The translations under genes were made by a program, and so were the position numbers. From the NCBI RefSeq assembly GCF_000412335.2, contig NZ_KE161030.1:4692128-4724127 (forward strand): a DNA stretch of 32,000 nucleotides, written 5' to 3'. Positions 1-10,397 of the stretch are shown piece after piece. The DNA is from Cedecea davisae DSM 4568 (lineage in GTDB: Bacteria > Pseudomonadota > Gammaproteobacteria > Enterobacterales > Enterobacteriaceae). Each line of letters opens with the position of its first letter. The stretch's first letter is position 1. The notes beneath the pieces are model-generated. The model searched no databases. It saw only the letters and a list, made by a program, of their open reading frames with translations, and had not been told where the DNA came from.

Positions 1-643
1 CCGTAAACAAGAGCCATTCGAGAACGTGACGCTGGATATCGAAGAGCAGCATCAGGGTTCTGTGATGCAGGCACTCGGTGAGCGTAAAGGCGACCTGAAA
101 AACATGAATCCGGACGGCAAAGGCCGCGTGCGTCTTGATTACGTTATCCCAAGCCGTGGTTTGATTGGCTTCCGTAACGAATTCATGACCATGACTTCCG
201 GTACCGGTCTGCTGTACTCCACCTTCAGCCACTATGACGATATCCGTCAGGGCGAAGTGGGCCAGCGTCAGAACGGCGTACTGATCTCTAACGGTCAGGG
301 TAAAGCGGTTGCGTTTGCTCTGTACGGTTTACAAGATCGCGGTAAGCTGTTCCTGGGCCACGGTGCTGAAGTTTATGAAGGCCAGATCATCGGTATTCAC
401 AGTCGTTCTAACGACCTGACTGTAAACTGCCTGACCGGTAAGAAACTGACCAACATGCGTGCTTCCGGTACTGACGAAGCGACCACCCTGGTTCCAGCTC
501 AGAAAATGACCCTGGAGCAGGCTCTGGAGTTCATCGATGACGACGAACTGGTAGAGGTTACTCCGCTGTCCGTGCGTATTCGTAAGCGCCATCTGACTGA
601 AAACGACCGCAAACGTGCGGGCCGTGGCAGCAAAGAAGCTTAA
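1..643 (+). CDS. typA: Ribosome-associated GTPase TypA/BipA, C-terminal part (5' truncated by window edge)
   Basis: Open frame from base 2 (RKQEPFENVTLDIEEQHQGSVMQALGERKGDLKNMNPDGKGRVRLDYVIPSRGLIGF...) to TAA at 641-643; matches the enterobacterial BipA C-terminus. The ORF-track start at 26 (GTG) is internal. Confidence 0.96.
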   Translation, partial: RKQEPFENVTLDIEEQHQGSVMQALGERKGDLKNMNPDGKGRVRLDYVIPSRGLIGFRNEFMTMTSGTGLLYSTFSHYDDIRQGEVGQRQNGVLISNGQGKAVAFALYGLQDRGKLFLGHGAEVYEGQIIGIHSRSNDLTVNCLTGKKLTNMRASGTDEATTLVPAQKMTLEQALEFIDDDELVEVTPLSVRIRKRHLTENDRKRAGRGSKEA

Positions 644-666
644 GTTTCTTTTCTGACGTCAAGTGA

Positions 667-697
667 AGCCCTGCCTGAAAAGGCGGGGCTTTTTTTG
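667..697 (+). terminator. Intrinsic terminator downstream of typA
   Basis: agccctgcc-tgaaaa-ggcggggct stem (one G-T wobble) followed by a T run. Confidence 0.85.
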
Positions 698-795
698 TTT
701 TATGTCTCGCAGAATGCTCATCCTCGCCTTCCTCTGATAGTCAAAGCCGCCCTTTCCCGCTACAGTTATTTCTCCATGTCGGAAAGGAGGTGCGC

Positions 796-1392
796 ATGCT
801 GTATATCTTTGATTTAGGTAACGTCATCGTTGATATCGACTTTAATCGAGTGCTTGGCGTCTGGAGTGATTACAGCCGGGTGCCGTTAGCCAACCTGCAA
901 AAGAGCTTTGCAATGGGAGAGACCTTCCATCAGCACGAGCGCGGGCAGATTACCGATGAAGTTTTTGCCGAAAGGCTGTGCCATGAAATGGATGTTGCGC
1001 TGAGCTACGAGCAGTTTGCCGCGGGCTGGCAGGCCATCTTCGTCGGGCTGCGTAAAGAGACGATTACCGTGATGCAGACGCTGCGCGAGCAGGGCCATCG
1101 CGTGGTGGTGCTCTCCAATACCAACCGCCTGCATACCGGCTTCTGGCCGGATGAGTACCCGGAAGTTGCCCAGTCGGCGGATAAGATCTATCTCTCCCAG
1201 GAGATGGGCATGCGTAAGCCTGATGCGGAAATTTATCTCAAGGTGCTGGAAGAAGAGGGCTTTGCGGCTGATAAGGCGGTATTTTTTGACGATAACGTCG
1301 ATAACATCAACGGCGCGCAGAAGCTTGGTATCACCTCTATTTTGGTGACCGATAAAAATACCATCCCCGACTGGTTCAGCAAAAAAGCATGA
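796..1392 (+). CDS. yihX: HAD-superfamily glucose-1-phosphatase / alpha-D-glucose-1-phosphate phosphatase
   Basis: [21 protein letters not shown]... is YihX-like with the HAD motif I; RBS ggaaaggagg upstream. The ATG at 796 is preferred over the GTG at 790. Confidence 0.93.
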   Translation: MLYIFDLGNVIVDIDFNRVLGVWSDYSRVPLANLQKSFAMGETFHQHERGQITDEVFAERLCHEMDVALSYEQFAAGWQAIFVGLRKETITVMQTLREQGHRVVVLSNTNRLHTGFWPDEYPEVAQSADKIYLSQEMGMRKPDAEIYLKVLEEEGFAADKAVFFDDNVDNINGAQKLGITSILVTDKNTIPDWFSKKA

Positions 1393-2261
1393 TAAAAAGG
1401 GTTCATCGCAAAACCACTCATCGCCTCCGGCCTCTGTTGGCCTGGGCAAAACTGCTCTGGCAGCGCATCGACCAGGACAATATGACTACGCTGGCGGGTA
1501 ACCTTGCCTACGTCTCGCTACTTTCTTTGGTCCCGCTGGTGGCGGTGGTTTTTGCGCTGTTTGCCGCATTTCCGATGTTTGCCGATATCAGCGTCCAGCT
1601 GCGCCACTTTATTTTTACTAACTTTATGCCGGCAACGGGCGACGTTATTCAGCGCTATATTGAACAGTTCGTTGCCAACTCCAACAAAATGACCGCCGTT
1701 GGCGCAATTGGGCTGATCGTCACCTCATTGCTGCTGATGTATGCCGTAGACAGCGCCCTGAATACCATCTGGCGTAGCAAGCGTGCTCGGCCAAAAGTTT
1801 ACTCGTTTGCCATTTACTGGATGATCCTTACGCTCGGGCCGCTGCTGGCCGGGGCCAGCCTGGCTATCAGCTCATATCTGCTCTCCCTGCGCTGGGCTTC
1901 CGAGCTGAATAGCGTCCTGGACGAGGTATTACGCGTCTTTCCGCTGCTGCTCTCCTGGCTCTCATTCTGGCTACTCTACAGCCTTGTGCCGACCACCAGC
2001 GTACCGGCAAAGGATGCCATGATAGGTTCGCTGGTCGCCGCGCTGCTGTTTGAACTGGGTAAAAAAGGCTTTGCCCTCTACATCACAATGTTTCCGTCAT
2101 ACCAGCTGATTTACGGCGTGCTGGCGGTGATCCCCATATTATTTGTCTGGGTCTACTGGACCTGGTGTATTGTGTTGCTGGGCGCGGAAATTACCGCCAC
2201 GCTGGGCGACTATCGCCACTTGCGGCAACAGGCAGAGCAGGAAGAACTGGAACAACCATGA
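1389..2261 (+). CDS. yihY: YihY/UPF0761 family inner membrane protein
   Basis: 290 aa, multiple TM helices, [35 protein letters not shown] motif; ATGA overlap with yihX stop. Confidence 0.95.
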   Translation: MIKRVHRKTTHRLRPLLAWAKLLWQRIDQDNMTTLAGNLAYVSLLSLVPLVAVVFALFAAFPMFADISVQLRHFIFTNFMPATGDVIQRYIEQFVANSNKMTAVGAIGLIVTSLLLMYAVDSALNTIWRSKRARPKVYSFAIYWMILTLGPLLAGASLAISSYLLSLRWASELNSVLDEVLRVFPLLLSWLSFWLLYSLVPTTSVPAKDAMIGSLVAALLFELGKKGFALYITMFPSYQLIYGVLAVIPILFVWVYWTWCIVLLGAEITATLGDYRHLRQQAEQEELEQP

Positions 2262-2695
2262 TTGCATTAATTCAGCGCGTAACCCGTGCCAGCGTCACCG
2301 TGGAGGGTGAGGTGACGGGCGAAATCGGCCCCGGACTTTTAGTCTTGTTGGGTGTCGAAAAAGAAGATAACGAGCAAAAAGCCAACCGCCTCTGCGAGCG
2401 GGTGCTGGGCTACAGAATTTTCAGCGACGAGCAGGGCAAAATGAACCTGAACGTTCAGCAGGCGGGAGGCAGCCTGCTGGTGGTTTCTCAATTCACCCTG
2501 GCGGCAGATACCGAGCGCGGTATGCGCCCGAGCTTCTCCGGAGGGGCGGCACCACAGCTGGCTGAGGCCCTTTATGAATACTTTGTTGAGCGCTGCAAAC
2601 AGCAGGGGATTGAAACCTCAACCGGGCGCTTTGCCGCCGATATGCAGGTTTCGCTAATTAATGATGGGCCGGTGACGTTCTGGCTGCAGGTGTAA
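2258..2695 (+). CDS. dtd: D-aminoacyl-tRNA deacylase
   Basis: [24 protein letters not shown]...[17 protein letters not shown], 145 aa; start ATG 2258 overlaps the yihY stop (ATGA). Confidence 0.96.
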   Translation: MIALIQRVTRASVTVEGEVTGEIGPGLLVLLGVEKEDNEQKANRLCERVLGYRIFSDEQGKMNLNVQQAGGSLLVVSQFTLAADTERGMRPSFSGGAAPQLAEALYEYFVERCKQQGIETSTGRFAADMQVSLINDGPVTFWLQV

Positions 2696-2733
2696 ACCTT
2701 CGCCACCCGGCCCGCGCAACGAGAGAGCAATGT

Positions 2734-3675
2734 ATGTATCACCTCCGTGTGCCCCAAACAGAAGAAGAACTCGACCGTTATTACCAGTTCCGTTGGGAGA
2801 TGCTGCGTAAACCGCTGCATCAGCCAAAAGGCTCCGAGCGAGACGCATGGGATGCGATGGCGCATCATCAAATGGTGGTGGATGAAGAGGGCAATACCGT
2901 TGCGGTAGGCCGCCTCTATATTAACGCCGATAACGAAGCGGCTATCCGCTTTATGGCGGTGCATCCTTCGGTTCAGGATAAGGGGCTGGGCACGCTGGTG
3001 GCGATGACGCTGGAGTCCGTTGCACGTCAGGAGGGCGTTAAGCGCGTAACCTGTAGCGCCCGGGAAGACGCGGTCGCATTTTTCGCCAAGCTGGGCTTCG
3101 TCAATCAGGGCGAAATTACCACGCCGCAAACCACGCCGGTGCGCCACTTTCTGATGATTAAGCCGGTAGCGACGCTTGACGATATTTTGCATCGCGCGGA
3201 CTGGTGTGGCCAGCTTCAGCAGGCCTGGTATGAGCATATCCCGCTTAGCGAAAAAATGGGCGTGCGCATTCAGCAGTACACCGGGCAGAAATTTATTACC
3301 ACCATGCCGGAAACCGGCAACCAAAACCCGCACCATACGCTGTTTGCTGGCAGTTTGTTTTCGCTGGCCACTTTAACCGGCTGGGGGCTTATCTGGCTGA
3401 TGCTTCGTGAGCGCCATCTTGGCGGCACCATTATTCTGGCCGACGCACATATCCGTTATAGCAAACCGATCTCCGGAAAACCGGGGGCGAGTGCGAGCCT
3501 GGGATCGTTAAGCGGCGATCTCGACAGGCTGGCTCGTGGCCGCAGAGCTCGGGTCGTGCTGGAAGTCGAACTCTACGGCAATGACACCCTCGGCGCGGTA
3601 TTTGAGGGCGTTTACATGGTGCTGCCCGCCAAACCGTTCGGCCCTCTGGAAGAGGGCGGCAACGAAGAGGAATAA
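2734..3675 (+). CDS. fabY: FabY/YiiD: N-terminal GNAT acetyltransferase domain plus C-terminal thioesterase-like (hotdog) domain
   Basis: [53 protein letters not shown]... closely resembles E. coli YiiD. Confidence 0.93.
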   Translation: MYHLRVPQTEEELDRYYQFRWEMLRKPLHQPKGSERDAWDAMAHHQMVVDEEGNTVAVGRLYINADNEAAIRFMAVHPSVQDKGLGTLVAMTLESVARQEGVKRVTCSAREDAVAFFAKLGFVNQGEITTPQTTPVRHFLMIKPVATLDDILHRADWCGQLQQAWYEHIPLSEKMGVRIQQYTGQKFITTMPETGNQNPHHTLFAGSLFSLATLTGWGLIWLMLRERHLGGTIILADAHIRYSKPISGKPGASASLGSLSGDLDRLARGRRARVVLEVELYGNDTLGAVFEGVYMVLPAKPFGPLEEGGNEEE

Positions 3676-3679
3676 ACAT

Positions 3680-3702
3680 CCGGCGCGCAGTTTATGCGCC
3701 GG
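3680..3702. repeat. GC-rich inverted repeat (hairpin) between fabY and yicH
   Basis: ccggcgc...gcgccgg, perfect 7-bp arms, 9-nt loop; overlaps the yicH stop region; no T run on either strand. Confidence 0.5.
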
Positions 3703-5374
3703 GGACTACTCCGTTATGCATCGTTTGCTGGATTTGTTTCCCACCGGCATCGGTGGCCTTCAGGCTCCCGTTAACGCTCGGCTTCAGGGCCGCGTCTGCC
3801 GCCAGATTTCCGCTTGCCGAGAGCTGTAAATTACCGTCACCCTCGAGCGGCAGCGCAGGCCAGCCCCATGCCTGAAGCACGTTAACCGGTACGCTCTGGC
3901 CCTTCAGGTTAACGCTCACCGCCCTCTGAGGCGTCTGGCTCACGTTTGCCGTTGCCTCGAGTAATCCTTTACCGGTAAAGGCGCTAATCTCGTTTATCGC
4001 AATTTGATTCTGGCTGGCATTCAGCGAAATGGACGGGCGGCGGACATCAACGCGATTAAACGTCGCGGCGGCGGCATTGAACGACGCATTGCCCGCCCAA
4101 ATTCCCCACTGATGCTCCCGCACCAGCTCAATATTGGTGGCCGTTCCGTCAAGCCCGGTTAGCTGGAACGGCCAGTTAGCATCGATATCAATAATCAGGT
4201 TGCGGTTAGCCGAGAATTTTTTCACCGTCACAGAACTCAGCCAGTCAGGCAGTTTCTCCATCCACAGCGCCTTCCAGTTTGCTGGAAGAGTATATTCGAG
4301 ACCGCTAATCACGGCTTCGTCCACCAGAGCCCGGTTGCCGTCACGCAGCCACTGGCCGGAAGCACGAACCAGGCCGCCTTCCCAGCGCGAGCTGAACTGG
4401 CGCAGCGTGGCGCCCTCTGGAGCAAAATCGACATTCACAATCGGATCCTGCAAATGCAGAGAGCCGTTAATAAATTCGCTGGCGTTCATCGATAGCTGGC
4501 CGTCATCGCTCTGCCAGCCACCGTTGGCCAGCGTGAGATTGCGCAAGCTGAGAGCCAGGTCGTTTACCGCCCACTCTTTTCCTTCCAGACGGGCATCGGT
4601 GATTTCCAGCCGATCTATTTTGAGAGAAGGAACCGACGTGACCGGCGCGAGAAAATCGGTGAGCGACGAGGCGGTTTGCAGTCGAATATCGTTGAGCCGA
4701 AGGCTGCCAACCTGCCAGGAGCCATCGGCGTTACGGTGTGCGCTCCCCGTCAGGGAGCCGCGAGCAACATCCGCCCCGATAGTCGTCAGCGTTACCCGAT
4801 CGTTGTCCAGCGCCCCCTGGAGCAATACATTGCTGGCGTTTATGCCGTTGAGCGTCAGCGAGCCAGCGCTAAAGGCGATATTGGCTTTATTTCCGAGAAC
4901 CTTGCCCGCTTCCGGTTGCCACGGAGAGACGCCGCCCTCTACGCGCTGTGCGCTGAGGCTCCATTCGCTGCCCGGGCTGTTAATAGCCATATCCTGAAGC
5001 TGGAGCTTGTCCGCATCCAGAGGCAGCGGAACGGCGCTGGCGCTGAGGTTTAGCGTGCCCTGTTGCAGAAAAATGGTGTCAACGTAGAAGGGTTGTGAGA
5101 ACTGGCGCGTGCTCAGCCCAATATCCACATTCTTTGCCACCAGCGTGGCGGGCTGGCCGGACCGGCCAAATGTGACGTTATGAAACACCAGATGAGTGGG
5201 AGAAGACCAGCTGTGCTCCATCTCATTAAACGAGAGGTGATACTGGCTCTTTTCATTCACCCAACTGCTGATTTGGCTCGCGCCCCAGCGGGTCTGCAAC
5301 AAAATATAAAAGGCGACCAGCGCCAGAATCACCAGGCCGAGCAGAGCAAGAATTAGCTTTCCGAGAAATTTCAT
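3692..5374 (-). CDS. yicH: AsmA-family protein YicH
   Basis: MKFLGKLILALLGLVILALVAFYILLQTRWGASQISSWV...; N-terminal TM plus AsmA-like repeats; alternative upstream ATG at 5389. Confidence 0.92.
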   Translation of the reverse strand: MKFLGKLILALLGLVILALVAFYILLQTRWGASQISSWVNEKSQYHLSFNEMEHSWSSPTHLVFHNVTFGRSGQPATLVAKNVDIGLSTRQFSQPFYVDTIFLQQGTLNLSASAVPLPLDADKLQLQDMAINSPGSEWSLSAQRVEGGVSPWQPEAGKVLGNKANIAFSAGSLTLNGINASNVLLQGALDNDRVTLTTIGADVARGSLTGSAHRNADGSWQVGSLRLNDIRLQTASSLTDFLAPVTSVPSLKIDRLEITDARLEGKEWAVNDLALSLRNLTLANGGWQSDDGQLSMNASEFINGSLHLQDPIVNVDFAPEGATLRQFSSRWEGGLVRASGQWLRDGNRALVDEAVISGLEYTLPANWKALWMEKLPDWLSSVTVKKFSANRNLIIDIDANWPFQLTGLDGTATNIELVREHQWGIWAGNASFNAAAATFNRVDVRRPSISLNASQNQIAINEISAFTGKGLLEATANVSQTPQRAVSVNLKGQSVPVNVLQAWGWPALPLEGDGNLQLSASGNLAADAALKPSVNGSLKATDAGGKQIQQTMHNGVVPGA

Positions 5375-5459
5375 TGTCTTCCGTCCCATGAAGTTTCGGT
5401 AAGGGTGTTATGCCCCATTTACCGCTTTAGCTCAAGGAAGGGATTGTCAGAGGGGGTTT

Positions 5460-5486
5460 CGCGCCGGCAAAAAGATCGCCGGCGCG
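5460..5486. repeat. GC-rich perfect inverted repeat between xanP and yicH
   Basis: cgcgccggc-aaaaagatc-gccggcgcg, 9-bp perfect arms, no T tract on the exit side. Confidence 0.55.
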
Positions 5487-5494
5487 TGAGGATA

Positions 5495-6886
5495 TTACTC
5501 TTTTTCAGGCGGGAAAATCAGGTTCAGAACGATGGCCGTAATACCGCCGGCGGCGATACCTGAAGAGAGCAGAGTTTTCATCCAGTCAGGCGCGAACTGC
5601 AAAATCAGCGGCTGCTGTGATACGCCAAGACCTACGGCGAGAGACAGGGCAATTATCATAATAGCGCGGCGGTTTAACGGCTCGCGGGAGACGATGCGCA
5701 CGCCGGAGGCGGCGATAGTCCCGAACATGACGATAGTTGCGCCGCCGAGCACCGGCTCAGGGATATGCTGCACGAAGCCGCTTACCGCCGGGAACAGGCC
5801 GAGCACAATCAGCATCAGCGCCACCACAAAGCCCACGTAGCGGCTGGCTACGCCGGTCAACTGAATCACGCCGTTGTTCTGGCCGAAGCAGGAGTTGGGG
5901 AAGGTGTTGAACACCGCCGAAACGCAGGAGTTCAGGCCATTTGCCAGCACGCCGCCCTTGAGGCGTTTCATATACAACGGGCCGGAAACCGGCTGCTCTG
6001 AAACGTCTGAGGTGGCGGTAATATCGCCGATGGTTTCCAGCGAAGTCACCATAAATACCAGCATCAGCGGGATAAGCAGGCTCCAGTCAATGCCCAGGCC
6101 GTAATACAGCGGCGTTGGAACCGTAATCAGGCTGGTATTGGTCGGTGCGGTGCTGGCAGGCAGCATGTCGAGTGCCCAGGCCAGCAGATAGCCGACGGCC
6201 ATCGCGATAACCAGCGAGGCTACGCGCAGGTAAGGGTTACGCTGGCGGTTAAGCAGAATGATGACCAACAGCACGGCTCCGGCCAGCAGCAGGTTTTTAG
6301 GCGCGCCAAAAGAGTGATCGGCCATCGCACCATAGCCACCGCCGATGGAGGTCAGCCCGACCTGAATCAGCGACAGGCCGATAATCATGACCACCACGCC
6401 GGAAACCAGCGGGGTAATGATGCGGCGGGCGAGATGCAATACGCGGGAAATAACCATTTCCGTGCAGCTGGCGAGCATCAAAGTACCGAACAGCGCGGCC
6501 ATCATTGTCGGCACGTCGGCACCGCCGTTTTTCAGCGCCATACCGCCCATAATCAGCGGTGAAACAAAGTTAAAGCTGGTTCCCTGAATCGACAGCAGGC
6601 CAGAGCCAACCGGCCCCCAGGCTTTGATTTGAATAATTGAGGCTACGCCGGAGGCGAACAGCGACATACTGATGATGTGCTGAGTGTCTGATGCCGGTAA
6701 TCCTAATGCCTGGCAAATCAGCAGCGCCGGAGTGATAACCGCGACAAACATGGCCAGCAGGTGCTGACAGGCGGCGAAAAGCGTTTGCGGAAGCGGCGGG
6801 CGGTCTTCAAGGCGATAGATCAGTTCGCTCGGATGAGTCTGCGCAACCGGTTGCGCATTTTCTGACTCGACGGCATTTACGGACAT
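5495..6886 (-). CDS. xanP: Xanthine permease (NAT/NCS2 family)
   Basis: 463 aa; [53 protein letters not shown]...; NCS2 signature region; K-12 homolog (yicE/xanP) also neighbours yicH and gltS. Confidence 0.95.
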   Translation of the reverse strand: MSVNAVESENAQPVAQTHPSELIYRLEDRPPLPQTLFAACQHLLAMFVAVITPALLICQALGLPASDTQHIISMSLFASGVASIIQIKAWGPVGSGLLSIQGTSFNFVSPLIMGGMALKNGGADVPTMMAALFGTLMLASCTEMVISRVLHLARRIITPLVSGVVVMIIGLSLIQVGLTSIGGGYGAMADHSFGAPKNLLLAGAVLLVIILLNRQRNPYLRVASLVIAMAVGYLLAWALDMLPASTAPTNTSLITVPTPLYYGLGIDWSLLIPLMLVFMVTSLETIGDITATSDVSEQPVSGPLYMKRLKGGVLANGLNSCVSAVFNTFPNSCFGQNNGVIQLTGVASRYVGFVVALMLIVLGLFPAVSGFVQHIPEPVLGGATIVMFGTIAASGVRIVSREPLNRRAIMIIALSLAVGLGVSQQPLILQFAPDWMKTLLSSGIAAGGITAIVLNLIFPPEKE

Positions 6887-7113
6887 CAGAGGTTATCTCG
6901 TGGCTGGAAAAGCGCTGATTTTAACGGACTGGGCGGCAAAAGCAAACGATTGCCAGTAAAAGTCAATAAGAGTGAAATTTCATAACTCTGCCGTTAGTTA
7001 TAACTTTCACCCTGTTTTTGGTTAAAATATGGCAGCTGATTTCCCAAAGAGGGGAAATAACAGCAAAGGATAATCAAGCGCGCTGTCAGGCATGCGCAAA
7101 AAGGAGCACTGCA

Positions 7114-8316
7114 ATGTTTCATCTTGATACGCTTTCTACTCTGGTCGCCGCCACGCTTGTTTTACTGCTGGGGCGAAAAATGGTCCATTCGGTCCCCTTT
7201 CTAAAGAAGTACACCATTCCTGAGCCGGTCGCCGGTGGCTTGCTGATAGCCGTTGCGCTGCTGGTGCTGAAAAAAAGCATGGGCTGGGAAATTGAGTTTG
7301 ATATGAGCCTCAGAGACCCCCTGATGCTCGCATTCTTCGCCACTATCGGGCTTAACGCTAATATCGCCAGTTTGCGCAAGGGCGGAAGAGTGGTGGGAAT
7401 TTTCCTGTTTGTCGTCGTCGGGCTGCTGGTGATGCAAAACGCCATCGGTATCGGTATGGCAAGCATGTTGGGATTAGATCCGTTGATGGGACTGCTTGCC
7501 GGTTCGATTACGCTTTCCGGCGGCCACGGTACGGGGGCGGCATGGAGCAAGCTGTTCACCGAGCGCTATGGCTTCCAGAATGCGACGGAAGTGGCCATGG
7601 CCTGTGCAACCTTTGGTCTGGTTCTGGGCGGTTTAATCGGCGGCCCGGTTGCCCGCTATTTGGTTAAGCACTCCTCAACGCCAAACGGCGCGCCGGAAGA
7701 CAATGAGATCCCGGGGGCTTTTGAAAAGCCTGACGTTGGCCGCGTGATAACTTCCCTGGTGCTGATAGAAACCATCGCCCTGATAGCCATATGCCTGACG
7801 GCAGGGCGTGTCGTGGCCGGGCTTTTGCAAGGTACGGCGTTTGAGCTGCCGACGTTTGTCTGCGTGCTGTTTGTCGGCGTGATCCTCAGCAATGCGCTGG
7901 CAATTATGGGCTTTTATCGTGTATTCGAACGTGCGGTTTCGGTACTCGGCAACGTCAGCCTGTCGCTGTTCCTGGCGATGGCGTTGATGAGCCTCAAGCT
8001 CTGGGAGCTGGCTTCCCTCGCGCTGCCGATGCTGGCCATTCTGGCGGTACAAACGCTGTTTATGGCGCTGTATGCCATCTTTGTCACCTGGCGTTTGATG
8101 GGCAAAAACTACGATGCGGCGGTGCTGGCTGCGGGGCATTGCGGATTTGGTATGGGCGCAACGCCAACGGCGATTGCTAACATGCAGGCTATTACCGAGC
8201 GTTTTGGCCCTTCACATATGGCGTTTCTGGTGGTGCCGATGGTCGGGGCGTTCTTTATCGATATTGTAAACGCGGTCGTTATCAAGCTGTTCCTGATGCT
8301 GCCGCTGTTTGGCTAA
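7114..8316 (+). CDS. gltS: Sodium/glutamate symporter
   Basis: MFHLDTLSTLVAATLVLLLGRKMVHSVPFLKKYTIPEPVAGGLL...; RBS aaggag at 7101. The upstream extension to 7018 is not family-conserved. Confidence 0.96.
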   Translation: MFHLDTLSTLVAATLVLLLGRKMVHSVPFLKKYTIPEPVAGGLLIAVALLVLKKSMGWEIEFDMSLRDPLMLAFFATIGLNANIASLRKGGRVVGIFLFVVVGLLVMQNAIGIGMASMLGLDPLMGLLAGSITLSGGHGTGAAWSKLFTERYGFQNATEVAMACATFGLVLGGLIGGPVARYLVKHSSTPNGAPEDNEIPGAFEKPDVGRVITSLVLIETIALIAICLTAGRVVAGLLQGTAFELPTFVCVLFVGVILSNALAIMGFYRVFERAVSVLGNVSLSLFLAMALMSLKLWELASLALPMLAILAVQTLFMALYAIFVTWRLMGKNYDAAVLAAGHCGFGMGATPTAIANMQAITERFGPSHMAFLVVPMVGAFFIDIVNAVVIKLFLMLPLFG

Positions 8317-10394
8317 GCGTTTGAATAACGCTCGGTTTCCGGCATCCATCGCTCGATGAGCGCCAGAGCCTGCTCGGGATAGCGCTCATGAATATGGCGC
8401 GCCAGGCGCTGAACCTGCGGGATCATCCCCTGGTCCCGCAGCAGGTCGGCAACTTTGAACTCAGCGGTACCGGTCTGGCGGGTGCCGAGCAGCTCGCCAG
8501 GACCGCGGATTTCGAGATCTTTCTGAGCGATAACGAAGCCGTCATTACTGTCCCTTAGCACCTGCAGGCGCAGCTGGGCGGTTTTCGACAGCGGCGATTT
8601 ATAAAGCAGTACGCAGTGGGATGCTACCGCACCGCGGCCAACGCGGCCGCGAAGCTGGTGGAGTTGCGCAAGGCCTAAGCGCTCCGGGTTTTCGATGATC
8701 ATCAGGCTAGCATTGGGCACGTCCACGCCGACTTCGATGACCGTCGTCGCAACCAGGAGATGCAGTTCGCCCTGCTTAAAGGCCTGCATAACCGCCTGCT
8801 TCTCCTGCGGCTTCATGCGGCCGTGCACCAGGCCGACGTTAAGCTCCGGCAATGCGTCTTTTAGCTCTTCCCACGTCACTTCTGCCGCCTGGGCTTCCAG
8901 TAGCTCCGACTCTTCTATCAGGGTACAAACCCAGTAGGCCTGGCGGCCTTCATCGCGGCAGGCGCTGCGCACTCGTTCGATAATTTCATTGCGGCGCGTA
9001 TCGGCTATTGCCACCGTGGTAACCGGCGTGCGGCCCGGCGGCAGCTCGTCAATAACCGAGGTATCAAGATCGGCGTATGCGGTCATCGCCAGGGTGCGTG
9101 GGATAGGCGTGGCGGTCATGATCAGCTGATGAGGGTGGAAGCCCTGTATCTGGCCTTTTTCCCACAACGCAAGGCGCTGGTGAACGCCAAAGCGGTGCTG
9201 TTCATCAATGATAACCAGCGCCAGCCCGGAAAACTGCACCTGTTCCTGGAAAATAGCGTGAGTACCCACCACCATAGAAACCTGGCCGCTGGCAATGGCT
9301 TCCTGTTGCGCAATCCTCGCTTTACCTTTCTGCTTCCCGGCCAGCCAGCCCACTTCTATGCCCAACGGAGCAAACCACTGGCGGAAGTTATTGGCGTGCT
9401 GCTCTGCCAGCAGTTCGGTGGGGGCCATCAGGCCAACTTGTTTGCCGTGCGCAATAGCCCGCAGCGCGGCAAGCGCGGCAACCAGCGTTTTGCCTGAGCC
9501 AACATCACCCTGTACCAGGCGCATCATCGGCACGTCCTTCGCTAAATCCTGCTCTATCTCAGCGACTACGCGTGCCTGTGCCCCGGTTGGTTTAAACGGC
9601 AGCGCCGCCAGCAGCCTATTTTTTAGCTCGTCGTGATGGGTTAGCGGCAGAGCATGGTAGCGCTGCGCTCCGGCACGCAGAGCGAGCATACTCAGGTTAT
9701 GGGCGAGCAGCTCTTCCAGAATGAGGCGCTGCTGAGCAGGGTGTTTACCGGTTTCGAGGTCGGCAAGCTTCATGTCCGGCGGGGGGCGATGCAAAGTACG
9801 CAGAGCTTCCGGCAGGCTAATCATGCCCTGACTTAGCTCGGTCGGCAGCAGTTCGGCAATGGCGCAGGTATCCAGTAACTCAAGCGCCTGATCGGTTAGC
9901 TTACGCAGCGTGGCCTGGCGAATACCTTCGGTTGTCGGGTAAACAGGGGTTAGCGTTTCCTGTAGCTCAGGAGTGCTCAGGTCGCCCTGAATACGGTATT
10001 CCGGGTGGATCATCTCTGCGCCATATTTACCGCGTTTAGCTTCGCCGTAAGCAAGCACGCGCTTGCCGGTGGCAAGGCTATTTTTCATCGCCGCGTTGAA
10101 GTTGAAGAAACGCATCGTCAGTATGCCGGTGCCGTCGCTTATCTGGCAGGTCATCATGCGGCGGCCGCCGAAAGTGATATTGCAGTTCAGCACTTCGCCT
10201 TCCACCGTGGCGTAAACGCCGGGTAGCAGGTCGTTAATCGAATAAAGATGGGTGCGGTCTTCGTAACGCAGAGGCAGATGAAGCAGCAGATCCTGGAGGG
10301 TGTGCAGGCCAATTTTGGCCAGCTTTCCGCTCTGGCTGGCACCCACTCCGGCAAGCGTGCTTAACGGTATGGCATCCAGCAGGCGGCCTTTCAT
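8313..10394 (-). CDS. recG: ATP-dependent DNA helicase RecG
   Basis: 693 aa; helicase motifs GDVGSGKT, DEQHRFG, TATPIPRT, QLRGRVGRG. Confidence 0.98.
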   Translation of the reverse strand: MKGRLLDAIPLSTLAGVGASQSGKLAKIGLHTLQDLLLHLPLRYEDRTHLYSINDLLPGVYATVEGEVLNCNITFGGRRMMTCQISDGTGILTMRFFNFNAAMKNSLATGKRVLAYGEAKRGKYGAEMIHPEYRIQGDLSTPELQETLTPVYPTTEGIRQATLRKLTDQALELLDTCAIAELLPTELSQGMISLPEALRTLHRPPPDMKLADLETGKHPAQQRLILEELLAHNLSMLALRAGAQRYHALPLTHHDELKNRLLAALPFKPTGAQARVVAEIEQDLAKDVPMMRLVQGDVGSGKTLVAALAALRAIAHGKQVGLMAPTELLAEQHANNFRQWFAPLGIEVGWLAGKQKGKARIAQQEAIASGQVSMVVGTHAIFQEQVQFSGLALVIIDEQHRFGVHQRLALWEKGQIQGFHPHQLIMTATPIPRTLAMTAYADLDTSVIDELPPGRTPVTTVAIADTRRNEIIERVRSACRDEGRQAYWVCTLIEESELLEAQAAEVTWEELKDALPELNVGLVHGRMKPQEKQAVMQAFKQGELHLLVATTVIEVGVDVPNASLMIIENPERLGLAQLHQLRGRVGRGAVASHCVLLYKSPLSKTAQLRLQVLRDSNDGFVIAQKDLEIRGPGELLGTRQTGTAEFKVADLLRDQGMIPQVQRLARHIHERYPEQALALIERWMPETERYSNA

Positions 10395-10397
10395 GGC

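Noticed and set aside
4134-4997. 287-aa plus-strand ORF antisense to yicH
   Set aside because: Lies fully inside the well-supported yicH on the other strand; composition (S/R/P-rich) is typical of a shadow frame in high-GC coding DNA.
7018-7113. N-terminal extension of the gltS ORF
   Set aside because: A good RBS (aaggag) and the family-conserved start are at 7114.
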